Source: Bdellovibrio sp. (GTDB lineage Bacteria; Bdellovibrionota; Bdellovibrionia; Bdellovibrionales; Bdellovibrionaceae). From it: DNA of 64,000 nt. The position numbers and the translations under genes are program-made. Location: the NCBI GenBank assembly GCA_036677065.1, contig JAKFBS010000002.1:864001-928000 (forward strand), given 5' to 3'. Below are positions 20,293 through 29,515 of the stretch, piece by piece. Each line of letters starts with the position of its first letter. Position 1 is the stretch's first letter. The notes beneath the pieces are model-generated. The model did no database searches. It saw only the letters and a program-made list of their open reading frames with translations, and had not been told where the DNA came from.

Positions 20293-21560
20293 AAATTTCC
20301 GATCAGCAAAAAGAAGAAAATCGCTACGCTCGTTGGAGCAAGAGCCGCTAAAAGAAGTTTTGCCGCATTCAGGCTGCCGTTTGGAAAACGCGGCGATAAG
20401 ATTGAAAAGCCTGCCGGATTCGGCGCATTGGCAAGAATTGTTAATCCCCCGCCCGTGATGGCTCCTGAAACCATGGCCCATTTTGAAGTCTCGGTTAAAG
20501 TTTCTACCTGCGAACCCAGATAAGTCAGGGCCGCGTTGTCAGTGATAGCTGTTAACCCCGTTGATGCAAAAAATAAGGTTTTATCTGTGATGACTTCTAG
20601 AATCGGAGTTAACCACCACTTTTGCAATGAACCAAAAGTAATTAAACCCGCTAAGAAAAATCCCACTAGAAAAGCTTCTTTAAACTTTAAACCATCTTGG
20701 TATTTTTTCGTTACTGTTGTTAAACCAATGAAGGCCATAAAGAAACTCATAAACACATTTTGATAATGAGCACTCATCACCACGAACACCATAAGTAAAA
20801 CATGCAGAGTGATAACCCACCAAGGCATTGGGTAATTCTCAGCTTCAAGTTGAGTGACTTGTTCTGAAATTTTTCGTTTGAAGATCACACAAAAGAAAAA
20901 AGCATTTACGAACACCGAACAAATCACGGCTTCGCCTAAATTTATAAAAACATCTTTTAAGCCCCAACCGAATTTTTGCGCCACAATCAGAATCGGAGGC
21001 GCGGCAAAATGCGTAAGCCCCCCGCCAATTGAAATATTCACAAAAAGTAAGGCCAGTACACCGTACAATAATTTTTCGTCGGCTTTATCTAACATGCGGT
21101 AAAGCAATAAGGCCAAAATAGTGATAGCCGCAGGCTCGGTAATAAGTGAACCCAGCATCGGACCAAAACTTAATAGTACAAATATCTGAATGATTTTTTC
21201 ATCAACGGGAATAATTCGGCTAAAAACATGAACGATCGACAGCAAAAACGTTCGCGCAATTGTAACAATCGGGCGCGTTGACGCTAAGATCATAATACAA
21301 AATACAAACAGGGGCTCTGTCATATTCAGCGACTGCTGGTATTCAATAACTGGTGCCGGGCCAGCTAATATGGCCCAGGTCGATAGAAAAATGGCGGCCC
21401 AAAAACCAAAGACGACTTCAACTTCAGCCAGTAAATGAAAAAAAGATTCACCGATTGAATCTTCTGGAAACCGCTTGCTGATCTTAGCAAAAACAGGCGT
21501 TAAAAAGCTGTGCACCAAAGCACCAGCTAAGAAAATGGTCGATAGAACTTCTATTGGCAT
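20289..21560 (-). CDS. putative Na+/H+ antiporter (DUF1504-like)
   Basis: HLLAEVEVVFGFW, GSLITEPAA, TDNAALTYL, GGGLT.LANAPNPAG; multi-TM. Confidence 0.8.
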   Translation of the reverse strand: MPIEVLSTIFLAGALVHSFLTPVFAKISKRFPEDSIGESFFHLLAEVEVVFGFWAAIFLSTWAILAGPAPVIEYQQSLNMTEPLFVFCIMILASTRPIVTIARTFLLSIVHVFSRIIPVDEKIIQIFVLLSFGPMLGSLITEPAAITILALLLYRMLDKADEKLLYGVLALLFVNISIGGGLTHFAAPPILIVAQKFGWGLKDVFINLGEAVICSVFVNAFFFCVIFKRKISEQVTQLEAENYPMPWWVITLHVLLMVFVVMSAHYQNVFMSFFMAFIGLTTVTKKYQDGLKFKEAFLVGFFLAGLITFGSLQKWWLTPILEVITDKTLFFASTGLTAITDNAALTYLGSQVETLTETSKWAMVSGAITGGGLTILANAPNPAGFSILSPRFPNGSLNAAKLLLAALAPTSVAIFFFLLIGNF

Positions 21561-22345
21561 AGATTTTTGTTAACTTCCATATACTGATGCTGTTCTTTGA
21601 TCTCGGATGCAGAAACACTCAGGTCATCTACACTACAGTGATTTTCTTTAATTTCATTTTCAATGGCCATCACTTCACGCGGAGTCATTTTTAAATTCCA
21701 GATGTATTTAATTTCTAACCAGTTACGTAAATATTCACAAACATAAGCTTTTGTTGGTGGCACATATTCTAACGGGCTTTTGTCGCTTTTTTTCATGTTC
21801 TCGGGGCCATTCACAGCCAACAGATGAAATTTGTTTCCTAAAAAATTGGCGTATAAGCAGCGTTTTGCTTTATCCCAAGTATGACCACCCGTCATGTAAG
21901 CGTTTTTAAGCGCAACCACGTGATCAATTTGAACATCATTAGCATCATTGTAAGTTTGGTTTGTGTAGGGATCAAACCACTGCCCTGCAGTCACAGTGCA
22001 TTTATCATTAACACTAATATCGACGATAGAATCACGCTTTAAAACGATACCGCGCGTGTTTAAACAAACGTCTTTAACAGGTTTGATCCATTCACCGAAT
22101 TGATCATCGCGATCGTAATCAACAGCCGGTTGCGGAAAATTTGAATTTACTTTTTTAAATGCAGCTAAGTTAATGCGCTCGCTAGTCGGCGCCGCAAAAA
22201 CAAAATAAGAAGAGTATTTAAAGGTTTCTTGGCTTGCCTGAGTAAGCTCGTTATAAGCCCAAGTTTGCGCAATAGAAGAATCATAAGCCTGTGCAGATAC
22301 CGCGAAAAACAACAGCCCTGTTAATAAGAAATTTTTTAGCATCAT
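21551..22345 (-). CDS. secreted HNH-type nuclease (DUF1524 family)
   Basis: Signal peptide, C.NTR..VL.RD, G.W.DPYT, QIDHVV.L..A, L.AV...N..K.D. Confidence 0.85.
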   Translation of the reverse strand: MMLKNFLLTGLLFFAVSAQAYDSSIAQTWAYNELTQASQETFKYSSYFVFAAPTSERINLAAFKKVNSNFPQPAVDYDRDDQFGEWIKPVKDVCLNTRGIVLKRDSIVDISVNDKCTVTAGQWFDPYTNQTYNDANDVQIDHVVALKNAYMTGGHTWDKAKRCLYANFLGNKFHLLAVNGPENMKKSDKSPLEYVPPTKAYVCEYLRNWLEIKYIWNLKMTPREVMAIENEIKENHCSVDDLSVSASEIKEQHQYMEVNKNLCQ

Positions 22346-22422
22346 CCCTCAACCCCTTCCTTGAAGTTTGAAATCAACTTGGCTACATTTCATTAAATTA
22401 ACAGAGAGAATTCAAGACAATA

Positions 22423-23337
22423 ATGAAAGATACTTTTAAACCTTTATTTTGTGCCTCATCTTTTTACACAGAATATCAAGATTCATTCAGGATCATTGAT
22501 GCAGCTGTTTATGAATTGCATTGGGATAAAACTTCTGAAGTGATGCTTTGGGCAGCTTTGTTATCAATGCTAAGACGCCGCACAGACTGGTTTCAGGGCA
22601 TCAGTTCCACAATGCCTCAAAGTAAATCAGACACTATTCCCCACTATGAGATCTACGCACTCACACAGAAATTAAAAATCGATTGGCCAAAAAAATTAGC
22701 GAAAGATATTTCATTTGCCGAATTTTTAAGAACCGTAAAAATTAAACCGCTGCCTGCAGTTGCACAAACGGCGATGTATTTTATTTTTACCAAAAAATAT
22801 CCGATCACAGTTTTAGATTACGAACCCAGCCCGAAAGAACTTTTGCAGATTCAGTGCAAAGGCCAAAGAATCATTACCTTCAAAAATGACTTCGCCCAGT
22901 GGCCGACCCAAAAGTTTGGCAAACGCGACCCGCTCAGCTTTTGGTTACACGACTGCATTCATGCAGAACATTTTTTTTCTCAGCCAGACAACTTCAAGGC
23001 CCAGCTTGGTTTTTACAAATTCGTGGCTGATGCGCATGCCGCCCGTTGTTGGCCTGAACATGCTGATAATCAAGGGTTTGAGGGCGATTTTTCTTACCTA
23101 ATTTCTGATATGAATTCACACCCACTGCACCTTTTTAAGACCCTAAAAGCGATCACCGATATTCATTTTAAAGCTGAATCTATTGGCATTTGGAACAAGG
23201 TCATAGCGACTTCGCAAGGGTCAACAGAAGAGTTGAATGCTTTGCGTAATCTCAATACCACTTATTTTGTCGATAACGACTGCGACGCCCTGCTGCAATT
23301 AACAAAACGTCTGGGAGCACAGAGCTATCAAAGTTAG
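22423..23337 (+). CDS. hypothetical protein with an HDxxH putative metal-binding motif
   Basis: 304-aa ORF; RDPLSFWLHDCIHAEHFF and YLISDMNSHP look like conserved blocks. Confidence 0.7.
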   Translation: MKDTFKPLFCASSFYTEYQDSFRIIDAAVYELHWDKTSEVMLWAALLSMLRRRTDWFQGISSTMPQSKSDTIPHYEIYALTQKLKIDWPKKLAKDISFAEFLRTVKIKPLPAVAQTAMYFIFTKKYPITVLDYEPSPKELLQIQCKGQRIITFKNDFAQWPTQKFGKRDPLSFWLHDCIHAEHFFSQPDNFKAQLGFYKFVADAHAARCWPEHADNQGFEGDFSYLISDMNSHPLHLFKTLKAITDIHFKAESIGIWNKVIATSQGSTEELNALRNLNTTYFVDNDCDALLQLTKRLGAQSYQS

Positions 23338-23340
23338 CCC

Positions 23341-23369
23341 TTCGAAAGTCTAAAGCCCCTTGGTATACT
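23341..23369 (+). promoter_or_regulatory. sigma70-like promoter with extended -10
   Basis: TTCGAA-N17-TATACT with TG at -15/-14, followed by the inverted repeat TGTGTC-GGATAT-GACACA. Confidence 0.55.
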
Positions 23370-23418
23370 CGTTAGTGTGTCGGATATGACACATCAAAAG
23401 ATATAGAAAGGAGGCAAA

Positions 23419-23565
23419 ATGGAAATTAGCACTGCGAAAAATTCGAACGCGAAAACTGAAACTCAAAATTCAGCAAACACCACTTCGGCGAATCATTCAG
23501 CGCCTCAACAGGCGAAACCACTTGCTCTTAAAAAGCGTAAACGCAAAGCCCCTGCTGGCTGGTAG
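23419..23565 (+). CDS. 48-aa small protein (below the ORF-track cutoff)
   Basis: SD GAAAGGAGG before the ATG; MEISTAKNSNAKTETQNSANTTSANHSAPQQAKPLALKKRKRKAPAGW; own promoter and a downstream hairpin. Confidence 0.7.
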   Translation: MEISTAKNSNAKTETQNSANTTSANHSAPQQAKPLALKKRKRKAPAGW

Positions 23566-23616
23566 CACCCTTCAAAGGTGCTTCCGCCGCGGCTAGCGGC
23601 GTGATAGATTTTTCTC

Positions 23617-24231
23617 ATGAAATTATATTACTCTCATATTTCTCCGTTCACCCGTAAGGTGCTAGCAACTGCAATCATTGCTGGCCTTGACGACAAAATC
23701 GAAATCATCGACCTCATGGCCTCTGGCACATTTCAACCTACCGACGAATTTAAAAAAGCTAATCCGTTAGCAAAAATTCCGACTCTGGTTTTGGCTGGCG
23801 GCGAAGCTGTCATTGATTCTCCGGTGATCTGCGAATACTTAGATGCAAAATCTGTAAAGGGTTCGATTTACCCTAAAAATGAAGAAGCTTATTTCTTACA
23901 AAAAAAGTTCGAAGCTTTAGCTGATGGCTGTATGGATGCGGCGGTTCTTAGAAGATACGAATCACTTCGCCCAGCGGCTCAGCAAAGTGCCGAGTACGAT
24001 GAAAAACAAAAAGAGAAAATGGCTTTAAGTTTTGCGTACTTTGAATCGATGGTTTCTAAACTTGGAACTTCTGAATTCTTTATCGGCGAAATCAGCATCG
24101 TTTCGATGATTGGTTATGCGGACTACCGTTTTGCTTCAGAAAACTGGCTGGCTAAAGCTCCGAATTTGAAAAAATGGTATGATCAGGTTCGGATTTTACC
24201 GCTGTTTACCCAAACAGAGCCTAAAAAATAG
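23617..24231 (+). CDS. glutathione S-transferase
   Basis: MKLYYS..SPFTRKV, NPLAKIPTL, DSPVICEYLD. Confidence 0.9.
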   Translation: MKLYYSHISPFTRKVLATAIIAGLDDKIEIIDLMASGTFQPTDEFKKANPLAKIPTLVLAGGEAVIDSPVICEYLDAKSVKGSIYPKNEEAYFLQKKFEALADGCMDAAVLRRYESLRPAAQQSAEYDEKQKEKMALSFAYFESMVSKLGTSEFFIGEISIVSMIGYADYRFASENWLAKAPNLKKWYDQVRILPLFTQTEPKK

Positions 24232-24260
24232 GTTTTTTCTTCAGAATTTAACCCTGTTAT

Positions 24261-24289
24261 TTGACAAGGGTTCGGTTCGCCTTTAAAAC
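24261..24289 (+). promoter_or_regulatory. sigma70 promoter of tRNA-Met
   Basis: TTGACA-N17-TAAAAC about 30 bp upstream of the tRNA. Confidence 0.6.
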
Positions 24290-24318
24290 AATTGTTCACT
24301 TTGAATATCTTTGTCGGT

Positions 24319-24395
<77 letters not shown>

Positions 24396-24406
24396 ATTTT
24401 TTTTAG

Positions 24407-24518
24407 TTTGTCGCAAGACAAACACATAGCTCCGAGGGTGCGCCCGAGGAGAGTCTCTCTGGAAATGAGCCTCTAGGAGAGATATTAAACCCGCAGAAAT
24501 GTGGGTTTTTTACTTTTA
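24407..24518 (+). repeat. tRNA-associated multi-hairpin repeat, copy A (full length, ends in an intrinsic terminator)
   Basis: TTTGTC-GCAA-GACAAA; GGG-TGCG-CCC; TCTCTCTGG...CTAGGAGAGA; AAACCCGCA-GAAA-TGTGGGTTT followed by a U tract. Confidence 0.9.
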
Positions 24519-24669
24519 GAACCAGATTCGTAAACTTAACGTTTCTTTGTTATCTTCAAGATTCAATTTTTTTTGAAATTTTTTATTAAGAATCAGATAA
24601 ACGTTCTTTTCGAGAATGCTCGAGTTTATTTAATAATTCAATTTTAGCATGGTCGTCTAAATTTACGAA

Positions 24670-25293
24670 CTAGTTCTTTTGATTCCAAACGCAAGTTTGC
24701 TTGATTGCTGGTAAGCGAAAAGAAAGATTATTAGTGCCTCTTACTCTTTCATCAGCTGTACGGATAGAAACTAACTGACCAGTTGCATTTTTAGTAAATA
24801 CAGTTTGATCGTTGTTAGCATAGCAGCCTTGAAAAACGTAAACGCCATTAACATGACCGTACTCACAGCCTCTTAAGAGTGGCGGAGTCAAATCATCAGT
24901 TGTTTTAACTGTAGAAACTTTTAATGTGATTGCATCAGCCGTAGTTTCAGCTGTGTAAACGTAAGCGTAGTCTTTACCTTGGCCGATTAAACCTTGGTTG
25001 TTATCAACGCCAGTGTAACCACGGCGAACGAATTTTGCGACTTGTTTTACGTTTTCAACATTGCCAGAAGCTAAGTGTTGTAATTTCTTAGGTAAGTCGT
25101 AGCCACCGAAAAATTGTAATGTCGTGATTGGTAAAATTTGTTTTTCACCTGCGAAGTTTTTGAATTCGCCAATGTATAACGCTTGTTCTGTTTCATAGCC
25201 GCCATAATTACATACGCCAGTGTATTGACCTACAGTGAATGCCTGGGCTTGAATTCCTGCGAAAGCGACTGCTAATAAGATAAATTTTTTCAT
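24670..25293 (-). CDS. secreted hypothetical protein (cassette I)
   Basis: MKKFILLAVAFAGIQAQA signal peptide; SD AGGAG. Confidence 0.75.
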   Translation of the reverse strand: MKKFILLAVAFAGIQAQAFTVGQYTGVCNYGGYETEQALYIGEFKNFAGEKQILPITTLQFFGGYDLPKKLQHLASGNVENVKQVAKFVRRGYTGVDNNQGLIGQGKDYAYVYTAETTADAITLKVSTVKTTDDLTPPLLRGCEYGHVNGVYVFQGCYANNDQTVFTKNATGQLVSIRTADERVRGTNNLSFRLPAIKQTCVWNQKN

Positions 25294-25467
25294 GAAGACT
25301 CCTATAGGTTTTTTATATTCAGGTCAGAAAACTAGGAGTTTATTTAAAAGACGTCAAATTAATTTAAGTAATGATATCGTAACTTAAATTAATGGATCAA
25401 GGCGTAATGTTATTTACAGATAACAGCAGAAGTATTTATCTGCCTGAAAAGGAAGCGATGGGTCGCA

Positions 25468-25527
25468 TTTGTCGCAAGACAAACACATAGCTCCGAGGGT
25501 GCGCCCGAGGAGAGTCTCTGTGGAAAT
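25468..25527 (+). repeat. repeat copy B (5' half)
   Basis: 59/60 identical to 24407-24466 by manual alignment. Confidence 0.95.
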
Positions 25528-25540
25528 TGGTCTTGTGATC

Positions 25541-26203
25541 TTAAGTTTTTGTCGAAACTTTTCCATCAACAAGATAAATTTCTCTACTCGCAAGTTTTGC
25601 AAAATCAGGATCATGAGTGACTAGGACTATAGTGGTTTTCCACTCTTGATTAGCGCGCATAAGAATTTTCATCACCACTTCAGCATTTGCTGTATCTAAA
25701 TTGCCCGTAGGTTCATCTGCAAAAAGATATTTAGGTTTTAAAATCAGAGCGCGCGCAATGGCAACTCGCTGCTGTTCGCCCCCTGACATTTGCGAAGGAA
25801 ACTTATCCTTTTGCGCCAACACTCCAAGTTCTTCAAGCAGTGACAACGCTAAAGGCGTACATTCTGCTATCAGGTTTAAATTTCGTGCGGGCAATAATAC
25901 GTTTTCAAGCGCTGTTAATTCAGGTAACAAATAATGAAATTGAAAAACAAAGCCCACCTTTTTATTACGAAATAGATGCAATTCATCGCTCGATATCTGC
26001 TGACCATTCGTATTATCTATAAATAGTTCACCCGATGTCGCATTATCTAAAGTGCTTATGATATATAATAAAGTACTTTTTCCGCTTCCAGATTTTCCAG
26101 AAATGGCGACGAATTCTCCGTCTTTTATAGATATAGAGACATTGTGCAGAACTGTCTGCGCAGGAATTCCGAAAGATTTATTTATATTTTTTGTCGTAAT
26201 CAT
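25541..26203 (-). CDS. ABC transporter ATP-binding protein (LolD/MacB-like)
   Basis: [43 protein letters not shown]. Confidence 0.95.
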   Translation of the reverse strand: MITTKNINKSFGIPAQTVLHNVSISIKDGEFVAISGKSGSGKSTLLYIISTLDNATSGELFIDNTNGQQISSDELHLFRNKKVGFVFQFHYLLPELTALENVLLPARNLNLIAECTPLALSLLEELGVLAQKDKFPSQMSGGEQQRVAIARALILKPKYLFADEPTGNLDTANAEVVMKILMRANQEWKTTIVLVTHDPDFAKLASREIYLVDGKVSTKT

Positions 26204-27444
26204 GTTTCAGACCTTATGATATCCATTGGAGTTAGATTTTTAGCTTCCCAAGCAGGAATAAAACTGGCGATCAAGGCTGAAATATTAGCTGTAATAAACG
26301 CACTGAAATATATCTGCCAATCGTAACTGATCAGCAAATTATTGCTGCCGCCAATTTCAAAACCAAAATTAATGGAACCAATCCATAGACACATCAACCA
26401 ACCAAGAAATAAACCTAAAAGGCCGCCCACCATACCTAAAACTATTCCTTGATAGAAAATAAGCTGAAAAATTCTTGCGGGCGAATAGCCAATAGCTCGC
26501 AGGATGGCAATTTCACGCTTTTTTTGGTTTATCATGATCGTTAGTACATTATAGATTCCGAAAGCGGCTACCAATAACACAGACCAAGTAATAAAATACC
26601 GTGAAAAATCTTGCACACCGATGACTTCCATAAAAGCTTTATTAGCTTCTTTCCAATCTTGGACTTTATCTGTGCTGATATTTTTCCAGAAATTGGCTGT
26701 GATATTTGATTTTTCAACATCCCATAAAGCCACTGCGATTTCACTTACACGACCGGGCCGCTGAGTCACCGTTTGTACGTTCTTTAAATGGGCATAAGCT
26801 ATCGATTGATCAATTTGTTCATTGCCAAAATGAAGTATCCCCACAATTTTATAAGGACGACTCAGACCTGCACGTGAACTCACATTCACAATTTGATTTA
26901 AGTGAACACCAAGTTTTTTTGCGACGCCACTGCCAATAACTAAGCTATTGCCGCCGCTTTTTAAGTTTAAAAATGAACCTTGCTTTATATATTTTTCGAT
27001 GTGACTTACACGAGCATGTTTTTCAGGTAAGGTTCCAATTAAATTAACTGGTGCTGAAAACTGACCGCTACCAAGTAGAACATTAGTCGACAATCGTGGT
27101 GAATAGTCTAAAACTTCGGTTTCTTTATCAAGAAATTGATACCATCCTTGAACATTTTTAATCTTTGTTTCATCACGTTTTCCCGCCGGCGCTACCCGCC
27201 AAAAAACATTTTTGTTATCACCATAAAGAACCTCTGTAATTGATTCAGGTAATATATCTTTTTCTGAACCCGAAATTAAAATGTGGGCGGTGTTACTAAG
27301 AAGCTGTTCGAAAATATATTCGCGCATTCCCAATTGAAGACCTGTTATACTGACATAAAGAAGCGTTCCAAAACTAATTCCTAATAGAATCAACAAAGTC
27401 TGTTTTTTTCTTGAAATAAGCTGTCGCCATGAAAGAAAAAACAT
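26200..27444 (-). CDS. ABC transporter permease (MacB/FtsX/LolC-E family)
   Basis: 1+3 TM topology; KKREIAILRAIG and PAW.A..L.P motifs. Confidence 0.9.
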   Translation of the reverse strand: MFFLSWRQLISRKKQTLLILLGISFGTLLYVSITGLQLGMREYIFEQLLSNTAHILISGSEKDILPESITEVLYGDNKNVFWRVAPAGKRDETKIKNVQGWYQFLDKETEVLDYSPRLSTNVLLGSGQFSAPVNLIGTLPEKHARVSHIEKYIKQGSFLNLKSGGNSLVIGSGVAKKLGVHLNQIVNVSSRAGLSRPYKIVGILHFGNEQIDQSIAYAHLKNVQTVTQRPGRVSEIAVALWDVEKSNITANFWKNISTDKVQDWKEANKAFMEVIGVQDFSRYFITWSVLLVAAFGIYNVLTIMINQKKREIAILRAIGYSPARIFQLIFYQGIVLGMVGGLLGLFLGWLMCLWIGSINFGFEIGGSNNLLISYDWQIYFSAFITANISALIASFIPAWEAKNLTPMDIIRSET

Positions 27445-27446
27445 AA

Positions 27447-28226
27447 TTAATCCTTGCTGACCAGAATTTCATCTTGATCATCAAATTGGATATTTTTTAT
27501 TTCTGCAGACAAACCATCTATTAGGCCAACTTCAGCTTTAATTTTTTCTGTTTTCTGACCACGGCGCACTAATAAAAAGCCACTTCTTAATGATTTTAAC
27601 GGAACTAAAGTTCCAGTGATTTTACCGATTTCGACAGAAATGTCGGCTGTCATTCCTGGTAAAATATTATTTTGTAAATGAGGAACTTCCAAAATAGCCA
27701 AGAATTCATTTTCTTTAGGAAAAACTGAAATTACTTTACCCTGAAGTACTTCGCCTCTTAAAGATTCAAACGAAATTCTTGCGTTCTGACCTTTTTTTAA
27801 TCTTAAAGCGGCTTCTTGTTCTAACGAAATTTCGATATAACGATCATTTAAATCTTCTAAGCGAACAGCAACTAATTGTGAAGTCGCTGTTTCGCCCTCT
27901 TGAAATGACACTAAAGTGATTGTTCCAGCAAATGGTGCTTTAATGACTGTGCTTGAATCAAATTCAATAAGCTTCTGTCCTTTGCTGACCACTTCGCCTT
28001 CTTTAACAAAGACCTTGCTGACTGTCGCCATGACCCCTAATTTCACATCGTAACGATGATTCGACTTTACTTTACCTAACCCATAGACTGCTTCAAAAAT
28101 TTCTCCCTGAACTGGACGGACTAATGTGTAATTCCGATACTGGAAATAATTCTTTAATACAAATCCAAGAACCCCTAGAATGACAATTGCAATAACAATT
28201 AATCTTAACTTAAATTTGCCGTTCAT
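27447..28226 (-). CDS. periplasmic adaptor (MacA/HlyD-like membrane fusion protein)
   Basis: N-terminal TM, V.EGE.V.KGQ.L, IKAPFAG, LPGMTA. Confidence 0.85.
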   Translation of the reverse strand: MNGKFKLRLIVIAIVILGVLGFVLKNYFQYRNYTLVRPVQGEIFEAVYGLGKVKSNHRYDVKLGVMATVSKVFVKEGEVVSKGQKLIEFDSSTVIKAPFAGTITLVSFQEGETATSQLVAVRLEDLNDRYIEISLEQEAALRLKKGQNARISFESLRGEVLQGKVISVFPKENEFLAILEVPHLQNNILPGMTADISVEIGKITGTLVPLKSLRSGFLLVRRGQKTEKIKAEVGLIDGLSAEIKNIQFDDQDEILVSKD

Positions 28227-28395
28227 CTCATACCCCTCAGTTTCATAGAACTCTCCAAATTAATGTTTAACTTATAAAGTTCAATAACTTGGCCAGCTTA
28301 ATAACAAAGCTAACGCCACCCTGAGTAGAAATTAAGACAACTTGTCATTTCTCATTCTGTTTGCAAGACATAATGACAAGCTTTCGTCCACGCGA

Positions 28396-28420
28396 AGCCC
28401 CTAGGAGAGATATTAAACCC
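28396..28420 (+). repeat. repeat copy C (3' part); a degenerate 5' hairpin may lie at about 28358-28384
   Basis: AGCCCCTAGGAGAGATATTAAACCC matches copy A 24468-24492 at 24/25. Confidence 0.85.
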
Positions 28421-28471
28421 TTTAGGCATTAATATTTTGACAAAAACCTTCACCAACTTTTATATGAACTC

Positions 28472-28921
28472 ATGAGACCATCTAAAGTAGCCAATCTAAT
28501 GAACCTAGCCGAAGTTGTTGCTCAGAGATCTCATGATGCCGAAACTCATGTAGGAGCTCTGCTTGTATCAAATAAAACCGGAGCCATTCTTGCGACTGGT
28601 TTTAATGGTTTTGTTCGCGGAACAAACGATAAAGAATTACCAAACACACGCCCCGACAAATACCCCTACATGGTTCATGCTGAACAAAATCTTATCGCCA
28701 ACTGCGCCCGCCACGGAATTTCAATGGATGACTGCACTGTGGTTTGCACGCATTCACCGTGCGTTGTCTGTATGAGATTATTATTTCAGTGTGGTATTAC
28801 CGAAGTTCTTTATAAGGTTTCATACACTGACTCTGAAAAAGTCAAAGAAATGAAAGACATCAAAGTTATCGAAATAGAAACTGAAGAACCTGGTATCAAA
28901 AAATTAAGATACGAAGTCTAG
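28472..28921 (+). CDS. dCMP deaminase / ComEB family
   Basis: VGA, ATGFNG, HAEQN, PCVVC zinc motif. Confidence 0.9.
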   Translation: MRPSKVANLMNLAEVVAQRSHDAETHVGALLVSNKTGAILATGFNGFVRGTNDKELPNTRPDKYPYMVHAEQNLIANCARHGISMDDCTVVCTHSPCVVCMRLLFQCGITEVLYKVSYTDSEKVKEMKDIKVIEIETEEPGIKKLRYEV

Positions 28922-28935
28922 TGCGCAGGTTTTAA

Positions 28936-29478
28936 ATGAATTCTCAACAAGCCGTTTTTAATTTTTGGTTTAAAGAAATTCATCCATCAGTACGATTCAA
29001 AAAAGACGAAAAATTTGACGAAGAAATTCGCAAGCGTTTTCTAAACACATATTTTGATGTCGCTGCAGGTCGCACCACTGACTGGCGTGCCACAGCTGAA
29101 GGTCGTCTTAGCGAGATTATTGTTCTTGATCAATTTTCACGAAATATGTTTCGCGATAAACCAGAAGCTTTTGCTACTGATAAGCTGGCTTTGCAGTTAG
29201 CGCAGGAAGCGGTTCACAGCGGCGACGATCAGAACCTGCCGATAGATCAGCGTGCATTTTTATATATGCCCTATATGCACAGCGAAGATATTCAAGTACA
29301 CGAACAGGCTGTGAAACTTTTTTCTCAAAAGGGTTTAGAAGATAATTTAAAATATGAAATCCTGCACAAAAATATCATTGATCGTTTCGGCAGATATCCC
29401 CATCGCAATAAAATTTTAGGGCGTGATTCTACCGCGGAAGAGATCGAATTTATGAAAGGTCCTAATTCGTCTTTTTAA
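28936..29478 (+). CDS. DUF924 family protein
   Basis: FWF, IIVLDQFSRNMFR, FLYMPYMHSE, RFGRYPHRN..LGR.ST.EE. Confidence 0.92.
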   Translation: MNSQQAVFNFWFKEIHPSVRFKKDEKFDEEIRKRFLNTYFDVAAGRTTDWRATAEGRLSEIIVLDQFSRNMFRDKPEAFATDKLALQLAQEAVHSGDDQNLPIDQRAFLYMPYMHSEDIQVHEQAVKLFSQKGLEDNLKYEILHKNIIDRFGRYPHRNKILGRDSTAEEIEFMKGPNSSF

Positions 29479-29515
29479 CAATCGAACCACTTAGGTTATA
29501 AGTTATGCTATTTGA

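Noticed and set aside
21551..22345. DUF1524 HNH protein as a GmrSD-type restriction enzyme
   Set aside because: It has a signal peptide and no DUF262 partner, so a secreted nuclease is more likely.
22423..24231. RiPP biosynthetic cluster around the 48-aa ORF
   Set aside because: No recognisable RRE, radical SAM, YcaO, protease or exporter adjacent; kept only as separate weak observations.
25414..25614. 66-aa minus-strand ORF
   Set aside because: It overlaps the ABC ATPase end and repeat copy B; no SD or protein-like features.
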